Source: Chiloscyllium plagiosum (lineage: Eukaryota). From it: 64,000 bases of DNA. A program made the position numbers and the translations under genes. This document shows positions 25,415 through 38,072 of the stretch, one piece after another. Within the stretch, counting starts at the first letter, position 1; the number at the start of each line of letters is the position of its first letter. The notes under the pieces are model-generated. The model searched no databases. It had not been told where the DNA came from and worked only from the letters and a program-made list of their open reading frames with translations. The stretch spans positions 89,192,250 to 89,256,249 of the forward strand of contig NC_057718.1 of the NCBI RefSeq assembly GCF_004010195.1, given 5' to 3'.

Positions 25415-27469
25415 CTGTATTTATAATAACATACAAATTAGAAAAAAAAAAATTACAGCTGAGACAAACGTCCCCTTTGGAACAAACCCTCTTGCGAGAT
25501 TCCCAGTCTCACATTTGAAGTCGGAACCTAGCCTGCTGCACAGGCTGCTGGGGAAATACAACTACATCCAGATTTCAATCTATTTTTCTATGCAGTCCTC
25601 CATGCATCATTCTTTCACAGGCCTCCTCAGTATGGAGGGTCAAGGACCCATTTGAAAAGTTTAACCCTTGCTCCCCACTGAGCTTAAGCTGCTAATATAT
25701 ATTTTAGTTTATAGTTGTCAACAAAATTGCATTCCTTAAACACAACGCTTTCCAAATTACAATGACCATTGAATACCAGCAGCATAAAGCCAGGGCTGCC
25801 AACACTCCTGGACTGTCTGATAATCTTCAGGAATTGAGGATTCATCTCCAGGAGACTGCTGTGATAGAGCCCAACGTAACAAACCCGGGTGCTCAATATT
25901 TTGTTCTCCTGTTTTCTTTGAATGTTTGAGGCGTTCTAGTAGTGTTGTAAATGAGGGGCAAGACTAAAGTCAAGATTAATCCAGTCAATGGACAGTAAGA
26001 AGGCTGTGCCCTTAAGAGGACGGGCAAATTGTGGTGTGGGATGGTTCAGGTTAGAAGGTCACGTGATGAAACCTTCAGGGCTACACACCGGCCGAGTGGT
26101 CAACCCTATTGATGGACACACAACAGGCCTTCTAGACGGACAGGATGGTGTAGGTTTGGGAGGGGTGCACTTTGGACATGAGGGAAAAAAGGGGAAATGT
26201 GGCTTGGATAGGATGCCCCTGGTTAGCAGCTTGTGGGATCGCTGTGATGGACTGACTATGCTTTCCCTGCTATTAGTTTGATATGTACAATTGGAGGAAC
26301 AGTGCCAACTAAGAGATACCAGCAGATGTAGAGAGAACGTCCCCCACAATTATACAGCAATTCACAATAGTCTCCAAGAAGACAACTAAAGGCGCCTGTT
26401 TAAGACAGAAAAGAAAAACTTCACAGTCAGGTACAGTGCCTGACAGTTTGCATCAATGCTCTGGTGAATGCTATAATGTTAGCAATATTATAGAGTTCTT
26501 CCCTCCTAGTATGTGTCAGACTCAAAATGAGAGTGCAGTTACTCTATCTCACCTCAAACAGCACAGAAGGGGGCCATTCAGCCCAGACTGCCTCTGCCAG
26601 CTGTCTGCAGTTTGAGAAACTTTGAACTTTGGTCTATGACTTGGCGTGGATGCTTTTGATTGAAATTCAGGAACATCTTTCACATTAATTCCTGAATTCA
26701 AATTAACACAATTACGTAGATGCCCGCAGTAGGCTGGCGCAAAGCAAGTCTCTCAATCGTTCACCATGGGGAATCCATATTTATCGAGGTAAAAAGGAAT
26801 GGATTCAGTGAGGGAAACAGAGATGCAGATTATTGATTAAATGGAGAGGGGTTGGGAAGTGTTGATTTGCATAGGGTGGCCTTGTTAATGAGTCACTTCA
26901 AGTTACCATACAACAATTAAGACCGCAAATGGTTTGTTAACCCTTATTGCTGGGGGACTCAAATACAGAAGTAAATGCAGTTAATGGAAGCCCTGGTTAG
27001 ACCAGACCTGGAGTACTGTGTGCTGTCTTAGCTCCCTACCCAAGGGAGGATAAACCTGCATAAAGGAAAGGTTCAGGATAGGTGGGACTGTACTCCGAAG
27101 AGAGACTGAGCCAAGATTCCCCAGTGAAACACACAGAATTCTTACAGGGTTCCACAACGTAGATATAGAAAGGGTATCTACCCCTGGCTGGAGGTGCCGT
27201 GCCTACAGCAAGGTGCATCTTTTCACTTAAAGGGAGATGAATCTTTGAATCTTCTACCATAGAGAGGTGTAGAAGGTCAATTATTAAATATGTACAGACC
27301 AGGGATCAGTGGATTTCAAGATATTAAAGACATCAAAGGGACCTGGGTACAGTGTGGGGAAATGGTGTTGAGGTGGAAGATCAGCCATGATGCAGATTAT
27401 ATGGGTCAAATGACTACTCCCAATGGTTCGGAGTATAAATACTGTAGTGTAGGACTGCAGTTTTGTGTG

Positions 27470-27597
27470 GGAGAAAGTGAGGACTGCAGATGCTGGAGAT
27501 CAGAGTCAAAGAGTGTGGTGCTGGAAAAACACAGCCAGTCAGGCAGCATCCGAGGAGCAGGGGAATCGACATTTCGGGCATAAGCCCTTCATCAGCG
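27470..27597 (-). mobile_element. Short Penelope-like terminal insertion
   Basis: Minus strand ctgatgaagggcttatgcccgaaatgtc; flanking direct repeat gttttgtgtg (27460-27469, 27598-27607). Confidence 0.8.
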
Positions 27598-27930
27598 GTT
27601 TTGTGTGCACCAGACTGGGTAAGGAGTAGAGAGTTCCCTCCCATGACAGGCATTAGTGAACCAGGTAGGCTCCCATCCGAAGTTTCTGGGTGCTAGAAAC
27701 ATTATTTATTTATTGAACTTAATTTCACAGCTAGCTGTGATTGGCAGAAACTTGCACCTTCTGAACTGTCAGTCCAATACCATAAATACCAGCATATCGT
27801 GTATAACCTTCACCCCTTCAAAATAAAAAAAATGCCAACCAGTTATTTTGTCACCAAGATAACATGTTAACTCTGCTCTCTCCTGCACATGGGACAAGCT
27901 GGGTCAGTCACTACATCCATACAGAGAAAT

Positions 27931-28207
27931 GGCATTGTGGCTCAGCAGTTCAATTCCAACCTCGGGTGACTGCCTCTGAGGAGTGTGCACATCTTCCTCG
28001 TGTCTGCATGAGTTTCCTCCCATTTCCTCTCATAGTCCAAAGGAGTGCGGGTTAGGTGGATTGGCCATGCTAAATTGCCCCATAGTGTTCAGGGTTGTAC
28101 CATGGGGAATGCAAGGTTACAGGGTGGGGTGTGTGGCTGGAGTGCTCTTTGGAGGGTCGGAATGGAATCGATGAGCTGAATGGCCTGCTTCCACACTTCA
28201 GGGATTG
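27931..28207 (+). mobile_element. Degenerate HE1-like SINE
   Basis: gtggctcag..ggttaggtggattggccatgctaaattgccc..gctgaatggcctgcttccacac. Confidence 0.75.
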
Positions 28208-29221
28208 TAATTCAATGGCCATTTATTGGACGACGTGTATTTTTAAAAACAAAAGCAATGTTGCCCCAGATTGCCATAAACAGAACCTCCCTGCAGGACA
28301 ACTGTCTGGAACATGATGGTTACCCTGCACATTGTGTGGTTAGAGGCTTTGGGACCTTTATCACCTACCAGGGCTCGGCCTGGTCCAAAGACGAGCTTAA
28401 AGAGTTTAATTCAGGTAAACATCTTGGTTTTCCTCTTTCTTTCCTGTGTCAGCACCAAGAGTGAGGGCCTTCTATCGATGAAACACTTCAAACAGAATCG
28501 GTTGCCTCCCGTTTCACCATTTGGTGCTTCAGGTCGTCTGAACAAGCACCAAATCTCAGGGTCAAAAGCAATTTCTGACAGTCCCGGGCAGCTCCCTGTT
28601 CAGATCCCACCGGCTCTGGAGCCACAGAGAAAGCCGTCCTTCCGTTGCTGAGCTTTCTGAATTGAGTCCATTTCTGATTCTTGCCTTCCGATTTAGGGAT
28701 TTCCTCTCACCCTCACTCTCGTTCTCTATCTATCATCTCTCACGTTGTTAGGAGTGGCAGATTTGCATTTACGCAGTCTCTTTTGTGAGCCTGTCGGGTC
28801 ACAACGAAACATTTCAGAGGCGGGAGCCATTGCTTTGATGTAGGAAACACAGCAGCCAATTTGCACACAAGAAGACCCCAACATCGGCACCAGGACAGTC
28901 ACTCGGTACACGATATTTTCAGTAATGTTGGTTGAAAGGTCAACGGTTGCCAATTCTCCGGGAGAATTGAGAACACCCCACGGACAAGGCGAGGATCACA
29001 GGGTTACCCTGTGTCCTAGACGACAGATTACCCCCAACCAATGCCACTGAAAAAACAAATGATCAGCTCATTAACACACTGTGGGAACATGCTTTGTACA
29101 AATCGGCTGCTGCATTCTCTGTAAGACGAGTCACCAGAAAGCCAAGGCACTCCACTGATAACGAAATGCGTTATGGGCTCAGGTTTATAAAAGGCACTAT
29201 ATAAATGCAAATATACTTTTT

Positions 29222-29815
29222 AGACCATAACAAAATTGGAACAGGAGCAGGCAGGCCATTCGGCCCTTCAAAGCTGCTCTGCTGTTCGGTTGGATCATGG
29301 TTGATCCTCACAATCCACTTCCCTGCATTTCCCTGTAACCCTTGATTCCCCGACTGATCGAGAGTCGATTGCAGCCTTAAATATACACAAAGTCTCTGCC
29401 CCCACAGCTCACTGTGGCAAGGACTTGCAACGATGAATAACCCTTTTAGACAAGAAATCCCTCCTCGTCTCAGTCTTAAATTGGTGTTCCTTTATCCTGA
29501 GACTATGCCCTCTGCTCCTAAACTCTCCCAGGTGGGAAGATATCCTCCCAGCATTGACCCTGTCAAGCCCCTTAAGAATCTTATATGTTTCAATGAGATC
29601 ACCTTTCATTCTTCGAAACTCCAGTGAGCAGTGTCCCAACCTGTTTAGCCTTTGCTTATGATCCTCCCTACCAAGGGTCATCCGAATGAACATCCTCTGA
29701 ACTGTCTCCAATGAGATGATACTCTCCCTTCAATAAACAGATCAAAACTGCTCACAGGACTCCAGATGTGGTCTCACCAACACCTGGTACAGTTGCAGTA
29801 AGACTTCCTTACTCT
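29222..29815 (-). mobile_element. CR1 LINE 3' fragment
   Basis: ETVQRMFIRM..SLEFRRMKGDLIETYKILKGLDRV. Confidence 0.85.
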
Positions 29816-32800
29816 TTATATTTTTCAGTGAAAGGTATTTTACAAACAGAGCTGGATGTGATCCCCTCTTGCGACAGCCTTTGGTGTGGCTTCAGACCAG
29901 AGTCAGGATGTTCCCGTGCTCCAGCATGGCGTTACGACATGAAGTGTACAAGAGTAGGAAAGATTCCTACTCTGTTGGACTGAACGTTCACGATGCAATC
30001 ATCATCAGACTTACAGCCTCTACGTAAAAGTGCCTGTTGCCACAGTAACACTGAGAGTGAACAGCGTTACATCATGAAATAGGTTGGAGGGGCTGAACGG
30101 TCTCCGATCACATTAGGAAAACATGTACACCGTTCAACTCCTTGTCTCTTTTCAGTTCGGCTCACTGTCATCTCAACATTTCCTTCTTTGGATACACTGG
30201 GGTTTCAATTCTGCATTCTAAACATTTTTTTTTAAGAAGTGGGCCTTGAATCTCCACAAGGAGGAGGATTGTATTAACTACCTTCTAATCTGAATCTTTT
30301 AGGTTCATTTACAGATACCTGGTGGACTTACATCTGTTGCAAATGTTCACGTAAATAATCCTGTTAAACCTTCCTGCATAACACCAGATTGCTGCTGTAA
30401 TGACTAGATCTTCCTTTAGAAGGGCAATAAAGCAGAACAGAGGGTGATGAGGACTGCATAGGTGCTCCAGGATTTATTGTACACATGTGGCGTCTCTCCC
30501 AGTCATTCCAAAAGTCCACTACAGCGCTGAAAAGTCACGGCGCATTAAACAGCATCACACTGTTCCTTTACTACAGTCCCATTATACATTACCTCAGACT
30601 GTCTGAGAAACACCAATAATGGGAGTTAATGAAAGGCAACAGGAACAAACAGTACCTCATCACCCACTAACAGGTCGTTTCACTAAAACTAAGCATTTAA
30701 ACCAAACATAGCTCCATCTCAGGTAGAAAATGTTTCTCTTTGTCTCAGTTCGAGTTACATCACCTTTTAAACAAAGCCCAGATTTATTTCGGGGTTTAAC
30801 TGCACACCGAAGGTAAATCATGCACAGAGAAAGTGGCTTGCCAGAAGCAGCAATAACACCCTCTTTGAATGTTTTCGTTTAAAAATGCCTCTCTTACCTC
30901 CTACCCGAACAACTCTCACTTCAACCAAAGTCGTGACCTTCCTCAAGCTCCACACACAAGGCACAATATTCCCAGTGTAATATTTCACAAGATAATGCTG
31001 GGTTTGCAGAAAATTATTCGCTGAATTTTGGGCTGGGCCGTTACCCCCTCCACAAACATCAGAACCTTTTGAAGTTTCTTTAACTTACAAGTGCTTTGTC
31101 AGTGTAAAAGAAAACTGCCCATCCAGAGAAGACTATATTATGGGAATACTCTGTTTTTTCTTCCCCAAGTTCTCTAACATCTTGATGCTTCATTTAAAAC
31201 CTCTTTCAAATCCACTGAAATATCTTAATTGTAACACTCCTGAAATGTAGTCATTGCTGGAATAGAAGAGATTTGTTAACAAGAATACAATTTGGCTCGC
31301 ATAATACTTAAAGGGAAAGGTTTGATGGATCACATAACCTTTCTAGCAAAGAAGTTTGATTGTGTTTTCTCCTAGGCAATATTTAGTTGGTTTGTGATTG
31401 AAGTTAATAAATTGACTGGCCATTTTTTTTAATAAACCAATGCCTCATGATGGTTTATCAGCAGAGAGTGATCATTATTGGACCCATCATCTGGAAAGGT
31501 ACTGAGAAAGGTGAAAACATTGCTCCAGGCAGAATCTCCCTCTTTACCCTCATGGAAGATTCGCCGATCAGAGATGATTCCCGTTTAGGGGAAGCATTCA
31601 CAAGTCATCCGGTCGGATCTCTCTCTCATCCCAGAGTCTCAATCCCTTCCTGTTGCGGAATGGTTAATGTCTCCCTCTGAATCCACTGGCCAGGCCAAGT
31701 GGGGAAAGGTTGGCCCTGAGCCGTCATTTGACTGTGTAACTATTGGAGAATCTCCACACTCTGCAACAGCAAATCTCCCGGCTCCAGCTTATACTCTGAC
31801 CTGAAAACAAAAGTCGAGAAAGGGAAACGCAGCCTCGACTACTCGGGATGAATGGAGATGACCTTTGACCCCCACCCTCCTCCTCATGTAGTAACTCGCC
31901 CTCTTTACCCTTCCCTTCATCTTTGGGCATGCTCATTCCTTCACTAGTGAAATCCATTCGGCAAAACTTCAGAAACAATGCTGTCTCGACCTCTCATTCC
32001 TGAATGTAGGTTGTGGTTGCTTTGTGCATTGTGAGATCAAACACAAAGCACTCTGAGCAGAGAACAAATACTGATAGCCCAGAAGGATTGAGATCAAACG
32101 TCTATAATACCCAAGCACACTGACCACAAGCTGTCAGGCCTGTGCACTTGATTTATTCCTCTATTCAATAAAACTGATTTATATCAGTGCTTGTCAAAGT
32201 AACAAATTGAATATTGTGCACAGACAAGAAACAACAACAATAAACTAGGCAGCAGCACACTGACCTTACAGTTAGAAATAGCTTTTGGAATGCAAACTGC
32301 ACAGCAAGTTGGAAGTGCTGCTAGATTACTTAGAGCCTGTGGCGCTGTTGCTTTTAATAAACGAAGTTGGGTTAATGCCGCTCAAAGCAGTACAGGCTGG
32401 TACAGAGATTAGTCAATTACAGGAACTCCCTGGTATTTCACGGCTGCATTCGGAATCCCTTTGCATTTTGTGTCGGGGGTGAGTAGGAAAGGCTGAGCAG
32501 TTGGTAGTGGCGGCGGGGAAGGGGGGCAGGGAGCGGTGGCTGATTGAGCAACATTTACAGGAATACACTGAAGGGTCAGACATACAGGGCGATGAGACAC
32601 AACGAGAAATGAGCTCGATGTAGGAAGCAGCTGCAATTCTGCCCTCTCGTGCCTGAGTTGGGCTACAAGTGCTGTCTGGTGTGCAAGGCAGAACAGAGAG
32701 AGGCAAAGCCAGGAAGGTTTTCCTGTTAACCAGCACGGAGAGCATTCAAGCAACAGAAGATTAAAAAAAAGTGTCTGAAGAGTCTATAAAGCACTGCGAT

Positions 32801-33341
32801 ATTGGGAAAAATAACCTAATAACTAGTTTCATTTAAAGTCTGGGATCAAAGAAGATGATGGAAGCTTATAAAGGAGGGCTGTTATATGGCAGGACATACA
32901 GCTGGACTGCAGTTACAGCTGTACTATCCATCTGGAATCGGGATTGCACATTATCTCATACTCTGGAGTGATTCAAATGACCGGCATTTGCGAAATGCAG
33001 TGTGCGAACATTTTGGAACCCTGTTCAACGCAGGTCTCTATAGCAATTGGCCGTCCCAGCTCTGCATTTACATTGTGAACTGTTACAGGGACTTTTATAC
33101 TTTACACATAAAAGCGTATGGTTCCAACCCGAGGGCAAGTGTGATAAGCAACAGTCAGATCCTGCTGTCAGGCTAACACAACTTGGATCGGTGGGAACAT
33201 CACGCTTTGTAGCGACAAATTCTGCACAGGTTCTGCCAATCCTGCCCCCTGGGTGGTTAGCATCCTGGACGCTGCCTGGAAGTTTCCATCATCCTCTCTG
33301 AGCTCTAGAGGTAAACTGTAGAAACCAGGAGAACAAGGTAC

Positions 33342-33400
33342 CTGCTGTGTGGGCTGCTGACAGAGGCTCCAGGCTGGGTGAGGCTACATATGCCCCGTGG
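33342..33400 (-). CDS. SYNE1: Nesprin-1 penultimate coding exon (59 nt)
   Basis: aaacag|CCA CGG..AGC AG|gtacc; encodes PRGICSLTQPGASVSSPHS(R), similar to human PRGKCSLSQPGPSVSSPHSR; not in this frame in the ORF track. Confidence 0.93.
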
Positions 33401-33963
33401 CTGTTTGGAATGAACGAAGGGGGTAAAGAAAGAGAATGTTCAGTCCAGCAAATAAAGACCAAGCTACTGATGACAGAACACAAAAAAAAAGTGCAGCAAA
33501 AAATCAGATGAGGCGACTAATATCCATGGTAACAAGGAAACTGGCTGTTCCTCCTGCAGTGTCGTTTTGCATGCAGTTGTCCATGACTGTGAGACTGTGG
33601 GTGTGTGACCTTGATCTAGTGCTTGTTAATTGTAGCAGGCCACCGTGCTTACCTTAATCCTAATGCCCCAGCCCCTGAACCCTTCCGACTGCAAAGGGTC
33701 AATTCCTTACAGAAAATGATCACATGAAATTAACAAACAGGAACAGGGCTGCTCCATCTAACCCAACGACACTTGGAAGACATTTGGATAAGTCCATGAA
33801 TAGGGAGGGTTTGGAGGATCATGGGTCAAACACGAGCAAGGAGGACTGGTTTAGTTTGGGAACATGGATTGCGTGGACAAGTAGGACCAAACTAGCATAT
33901 GACTCCATAACTCAACGCTCATTGACTTTTTAATCCCTGGCTTCAGTCAGTGTCTGAGTCAAA

Positions 33964-34298
33964 AAGTGCAGACAACTGAGACCAGGCACTGACTGAAGGA
34001 GAAAGCAAGGGCTGTGGACGCTGGAGATCAGAGTCAAAGAGTGTGGTGCTGGAAAAGCACAGCAGGTCAGGCAGCATCCGAGGAGCAGGAGAGTCGACGT
34101 TTTGAGCATAAGCTCTACATCAGGAAACCCCCACATTCCTGATGAAGTGCTCATGCCAGAAACGTCGACTCTCCTGCTCCTCGGATGCTGCCTGACCTGC
34201 TGTGCTTTTCCAGCGCCACACTCTTTGACTCTGATCTCCAGCGCCCACAGCCCTTGCTTTCTCCTTCAGTCAGTGCCTGGTCTCAGTTGTCTGCACTT
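33964..34298. mobile_element. Fold-back Penelope-like terminal insertion (two 163-bp inverted arms)
   Basis: Arms 33964-34126 and 34136-34298 are near-perfect reverse complements with a 9-nt spacer. Confidence 0.88.
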
Positions 34299-35365
34299 CT
34301 CTCCTGATCTGTGCTGTGTCATTCCCCTGATTGTGTAAGGAATACCCGACCCTGCTCTAGCCTGCACCTCCAGTCCCAATTCTGAAAAAGGACAGTTGTT
34401 GTCGACTCCCTTCCTGAAGTTAAACAAATTGCCCCTACATTTCCTCTGTGGTCCTTCTGGGTCTTGTCCCACTGCTAGTTGCTCAGGTACGAGCATCACT
34501 GCGCAAGATGCAAAATCAGGCCCCTCGGGTATCCAGGACATTGAACAGGGCTCACTGAGTGGTCAGGAGGTGGGATGTCCCACTTACAGTCCCACGAACA
34601 CCAACAACAATTCTGACCACTGTCCAAAGCTATGGTTCAGATCTGTTCGGTTGGCACAGGCAGAGAGGATTGATTCTCACCCAGCTCTTGGGCGAGGGGA
34701 GGGGAGGGGAGGGGGGCGAACTACGAGGAGAGACGATGCCCCTGCAGACAGTCCTGAGAGAGTGAGTGAAAGTGACAAGACCAATGTGCCCGAGGTCTTC
34801 TGTAGCTGTCAGCTCTCTCTGTTTCACTCTGAATTTGTTGCCAGCCTCAGATGCGTCCATCGGGATAATAACAGACAGGGTTTGCCTGCGTACCGTCTGA
34901 TGTGGGCAGGACGTAAGTGCCTCTACTCTCGGATCATCGGTATACCCACTCTGTAGGCAGCCCAATACTTCATCCCAACGTGTGCGCAGGGATACTCAAT
35001 GGTGGCTGTGGAGCTCAGACTAAGTTTTGAGAGCCATGAGATCCCTTTAAATGGCCTAACAAGTGGACAGCTCTCTTAGGCCTGACTGCAGCGGCAAAAA
35101 GAAAATAAACAGTCTGTGGGAGAGTAGGTGTCTGATTGTTTTTGTCAAACGTCTGCTATTTAGTTGACTCCTGTACCATCATCATCCTCACCCCAGTCCA
35201 CTATTCCTCCTTCATCCCACCCAGCTGAACTACTCTCATGGTACCCACCATATGTTCACTCTGCGACCACACACAGTCTGAAGCTTTCAAATGAGGTTAG
35301 TGTTTGGCAAGTACTGCCCTGCATGGAAGCTAAGATCAGGGAATGAGAGCAGTGACCAGGCACTG

Positions 35366-35690
35366 GGGCTGGGGCTCAGTGGTTAGCACTGCTGCCTGAC
35401 AGCGCCAGGGACCCAGGTTCGATTCCAGCCTCGGGCGACTGTCAGTGTAGAGTTAGTACATTCTCCCCGTGTCTGTCTGGGTTTCCCCTGAGTGCTCTGG
35501 TTTCCTCCCACTGTCCAAAGTTGTGCAGGTCAGGTGGATTGGCCAGGCTGAATTGCCTGTGGCATGCAGGCTAGGTGGATTAGCCACGGGAAATGCAAGG
35601 TTACGAAGAGGGTGGGGGGAACACTCTAGGGAGGGTTGAAATGGATTCAGCTGGGCCGAATGGCCTGCTTCCATACTGTAGGATTCTATG
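35366..35690 (+). mobile_element. HE1-like tRNA-derived SINE
   Basis: ggctcagtggttagcactgctgcc..ggttcgattcc head and CR1-like tail. Confidence 0.88.
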
Positions 35691-36353
35691 AAATGTGTGA
35701 CGGTCCCACAGTGAGTGATGCATTATCCCCTTAGACATCCTTAGCGACAATAGGTTATACATTGGGGGACACATGATTCACAACGTAAGTGTGCTCTTGG
35801 TTTCAGACTGCTCCACAACACGAAAGTGTGACTAAATGCTGCCTGCAATGTTGCTGAGTGTACAATGAGATTGCAGTGCTAGAAATGCTTGGGCTGTGTG
35901 TGCCCTGAGTGGAGGGGGTGTGCAGTAAAAACTGGGATGGAAAGCCAGTATTCCTTTCGAAAAACTGCCACTACTGAATGGAGAGAAAAAAAAATCAATT
36001 CAAAGAACCAGGGCTGATTAACGAGACAGAAATATCGGCACAAACAATAAACATATCGCTCAGGACTCAGAAAAATCGAATTAATAAAAGAACAAACAGT
36101 CAAAAGAAACACTTAACCAAAGTAAAATTCACGATTTTTCTCAATTCCATGCAGGGGAGGAAGGAGGAGGGGGGCGGAGGTTTGGGGTAGGTGGAGGTAA
36201 GCGGAGGAGAGCATGGAGGGGTGCAGGGGACTGTGCATCTTGTCCAGGGGACTCTCGGTTATGGTTTCATGGCGCCAGCCCGTCAGATGCAAGGGCTAAA
36301 GATTTGTTACCGCCCTACCACGTCGCTTATAGAGATGGGTGGAAGGGAATTAC

Positions 36354-36446
36354 CAGTCTGGGTCGAACAGCCAGGCTTCCGCCAGACACGGGGCTGAGGG
36401 AGCCTGAGGAATCCAAGTCGTCAGCCGAAGACCATGACGCCAGGTC
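36354..36446 (-). CDS. SYNE1: Nesprin-1 coding exon (93 nt, Ser-rich linker)
   Basis: ttttcag|GAC CTG..CTG|gtaatt; encodes DLASWSSADDLDSSGSLSPVSGGSLAVRPRL, similar to human DLSSWSSADELDTSGSVSP. Confidence 0.93.
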
Positions 36447-36624
36447 CTGAAAAGGAAGACGAGATCCTTAAACCAGACTTCTTTTGGGGGGGGGAACAAA
36501 CGGAAGTATTAGCAATTCTTCACATGCCAGGGTTCTGTACTTGCCAGGCCAAAACAAATGACTAGGGCAAACACACAACCAAGAACCTGAGGGCTTTTGT
36601 CATCTTATGCTAATCCTTGTAGCG

Positions 36625-37216
36625 AAGAACAAAGAACAAAGAAAAGAGAACAAAGACAATTTACAGCCCAGGAACAGGCCCTTCGGCCCTTCAAGCCTGA
36701 GCCGATCCAAATCAATGTCTACACCTGTCGCCCAATTCCTAAGCACCTGTATCCCTCTGTTCCCCACTTACTCATGCATCTATCCAGACGCATCTTAAAT
36801 GAATCTACCGTGCCTGCCTCTACCACCTCTGCTGGCAACGCGTTCCAGACGCCCACCACCCTCTGTGTGAAGTACTTGCCGTGTATATCCCCTTTAAACT
36901 TTCCACCTCTCACCTTGAAAGCGTGACCTCTCGTTATTGAATCCTTCACCCTGGGGAAAAGCTTGTCTCTATCCACCCTGTCTATACCTTTCATGATTTT
37001 GTAAACCTCAATCTGGACCCCCTCAATATCCTTTTTCCTAATGAAAATAAACCTAACCTACTCAACCTCTCTTCATAGCTAGCATCTTCCATACTGGGCA
37101 ACATCCTCATAAACCTTCTCTGCACCCTCTTCAAAACATCCACAATTTTTTGGTAATGTGGTGACCAGAACTGTACACAGTATTCTAAATGCGGCCGAAC
37201 CAATGTCTTGTATAAT
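36625..37216 (-). mobile_element. CR1/HER1 LINE 3' fragment, relatively young
   Basis: [44 protein letters not shown]. Confidence 0.88.
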
Positions 37217-38072
37217 TAATTTGTGTTCAACACTGTATGCAATTAACATTTAGTGCACATACCAAAGTCGTTACATTTTCCAAAGCGGTCTTTTTGCTTC
37301 CTGCGTCTCCCTGTTCATTGCTCAACACAATGCCCATGTCGCTGTCTCTCTCGACAGGAGCGCACACTTTGTAGAAGTGCTTAGTATTTCTGTCGATGGA
37401 TTTAGGAACAAAATCATTTGTCTTCATGTTTATTGGTGAAGAGGCCACTCTGGACGCGACCTGATGAAGCTTCATGTCAAAACCATTTGAAGCCACATCG
37501 AGTGCGTGTATTTCCTGGCTTCCCAGGCTGCCCCAACTGAGGGGACAGACCCAGAAAAGATGCCATTACTTCTTTCCTGTCTCCATGGAGATTCCACCAG
37601 CACTGTGTAAAGCAGGTGTGATAACAACAGGGAGACTCAGAGCACCATGGACTGACATAATGTGGTCTCTGATTTATATTAATGATACTCGTGTTGAAGC
37701 TGCAGAATCAGATGAAACATGCAGTTACAGTGCCACACACACGCACACATAACTACACACTCTCATGCACACAACAGAGTGACACACACAAACACTTGCA
37801 TAGACAAACACACAAACACGAGCACAGACATGCACGTGCCACACACAAACTGATAGACCTGACTAATGCAACACAGAGAGTTTGCTTGATTACGGATAAG
37901 ACATAGGGAAAAAAAAAATCACACTGCGAAACACCTGGCAAATATTACAGACACAAAGCACTTGGCCATCTTAACCCAGCAGAAAGACAGCCAGACACTG
38001 AAAATGGCATTGCCTTCACTTGTGTTGAATTGGGCACCTCCGATTTCCCAGATTGTGGATTTATTGACATAC

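Noticed and set aside
28769..28792. Duplicate of the KASH-exon start (cag|GCTCACAAAAG)
   Set aside because: Similarity is only about 10 nt, the pyrimidine tract is poor, and the phase-2 frame stops after six codons.
34396..34956. 186-aa + strand ORF (and the 192-aa ORF at 57175-57753)
   Set aside because: Non-ATG starts, no recognisable domain, antisense within SYNE1 introns; the second runs into a SINE.
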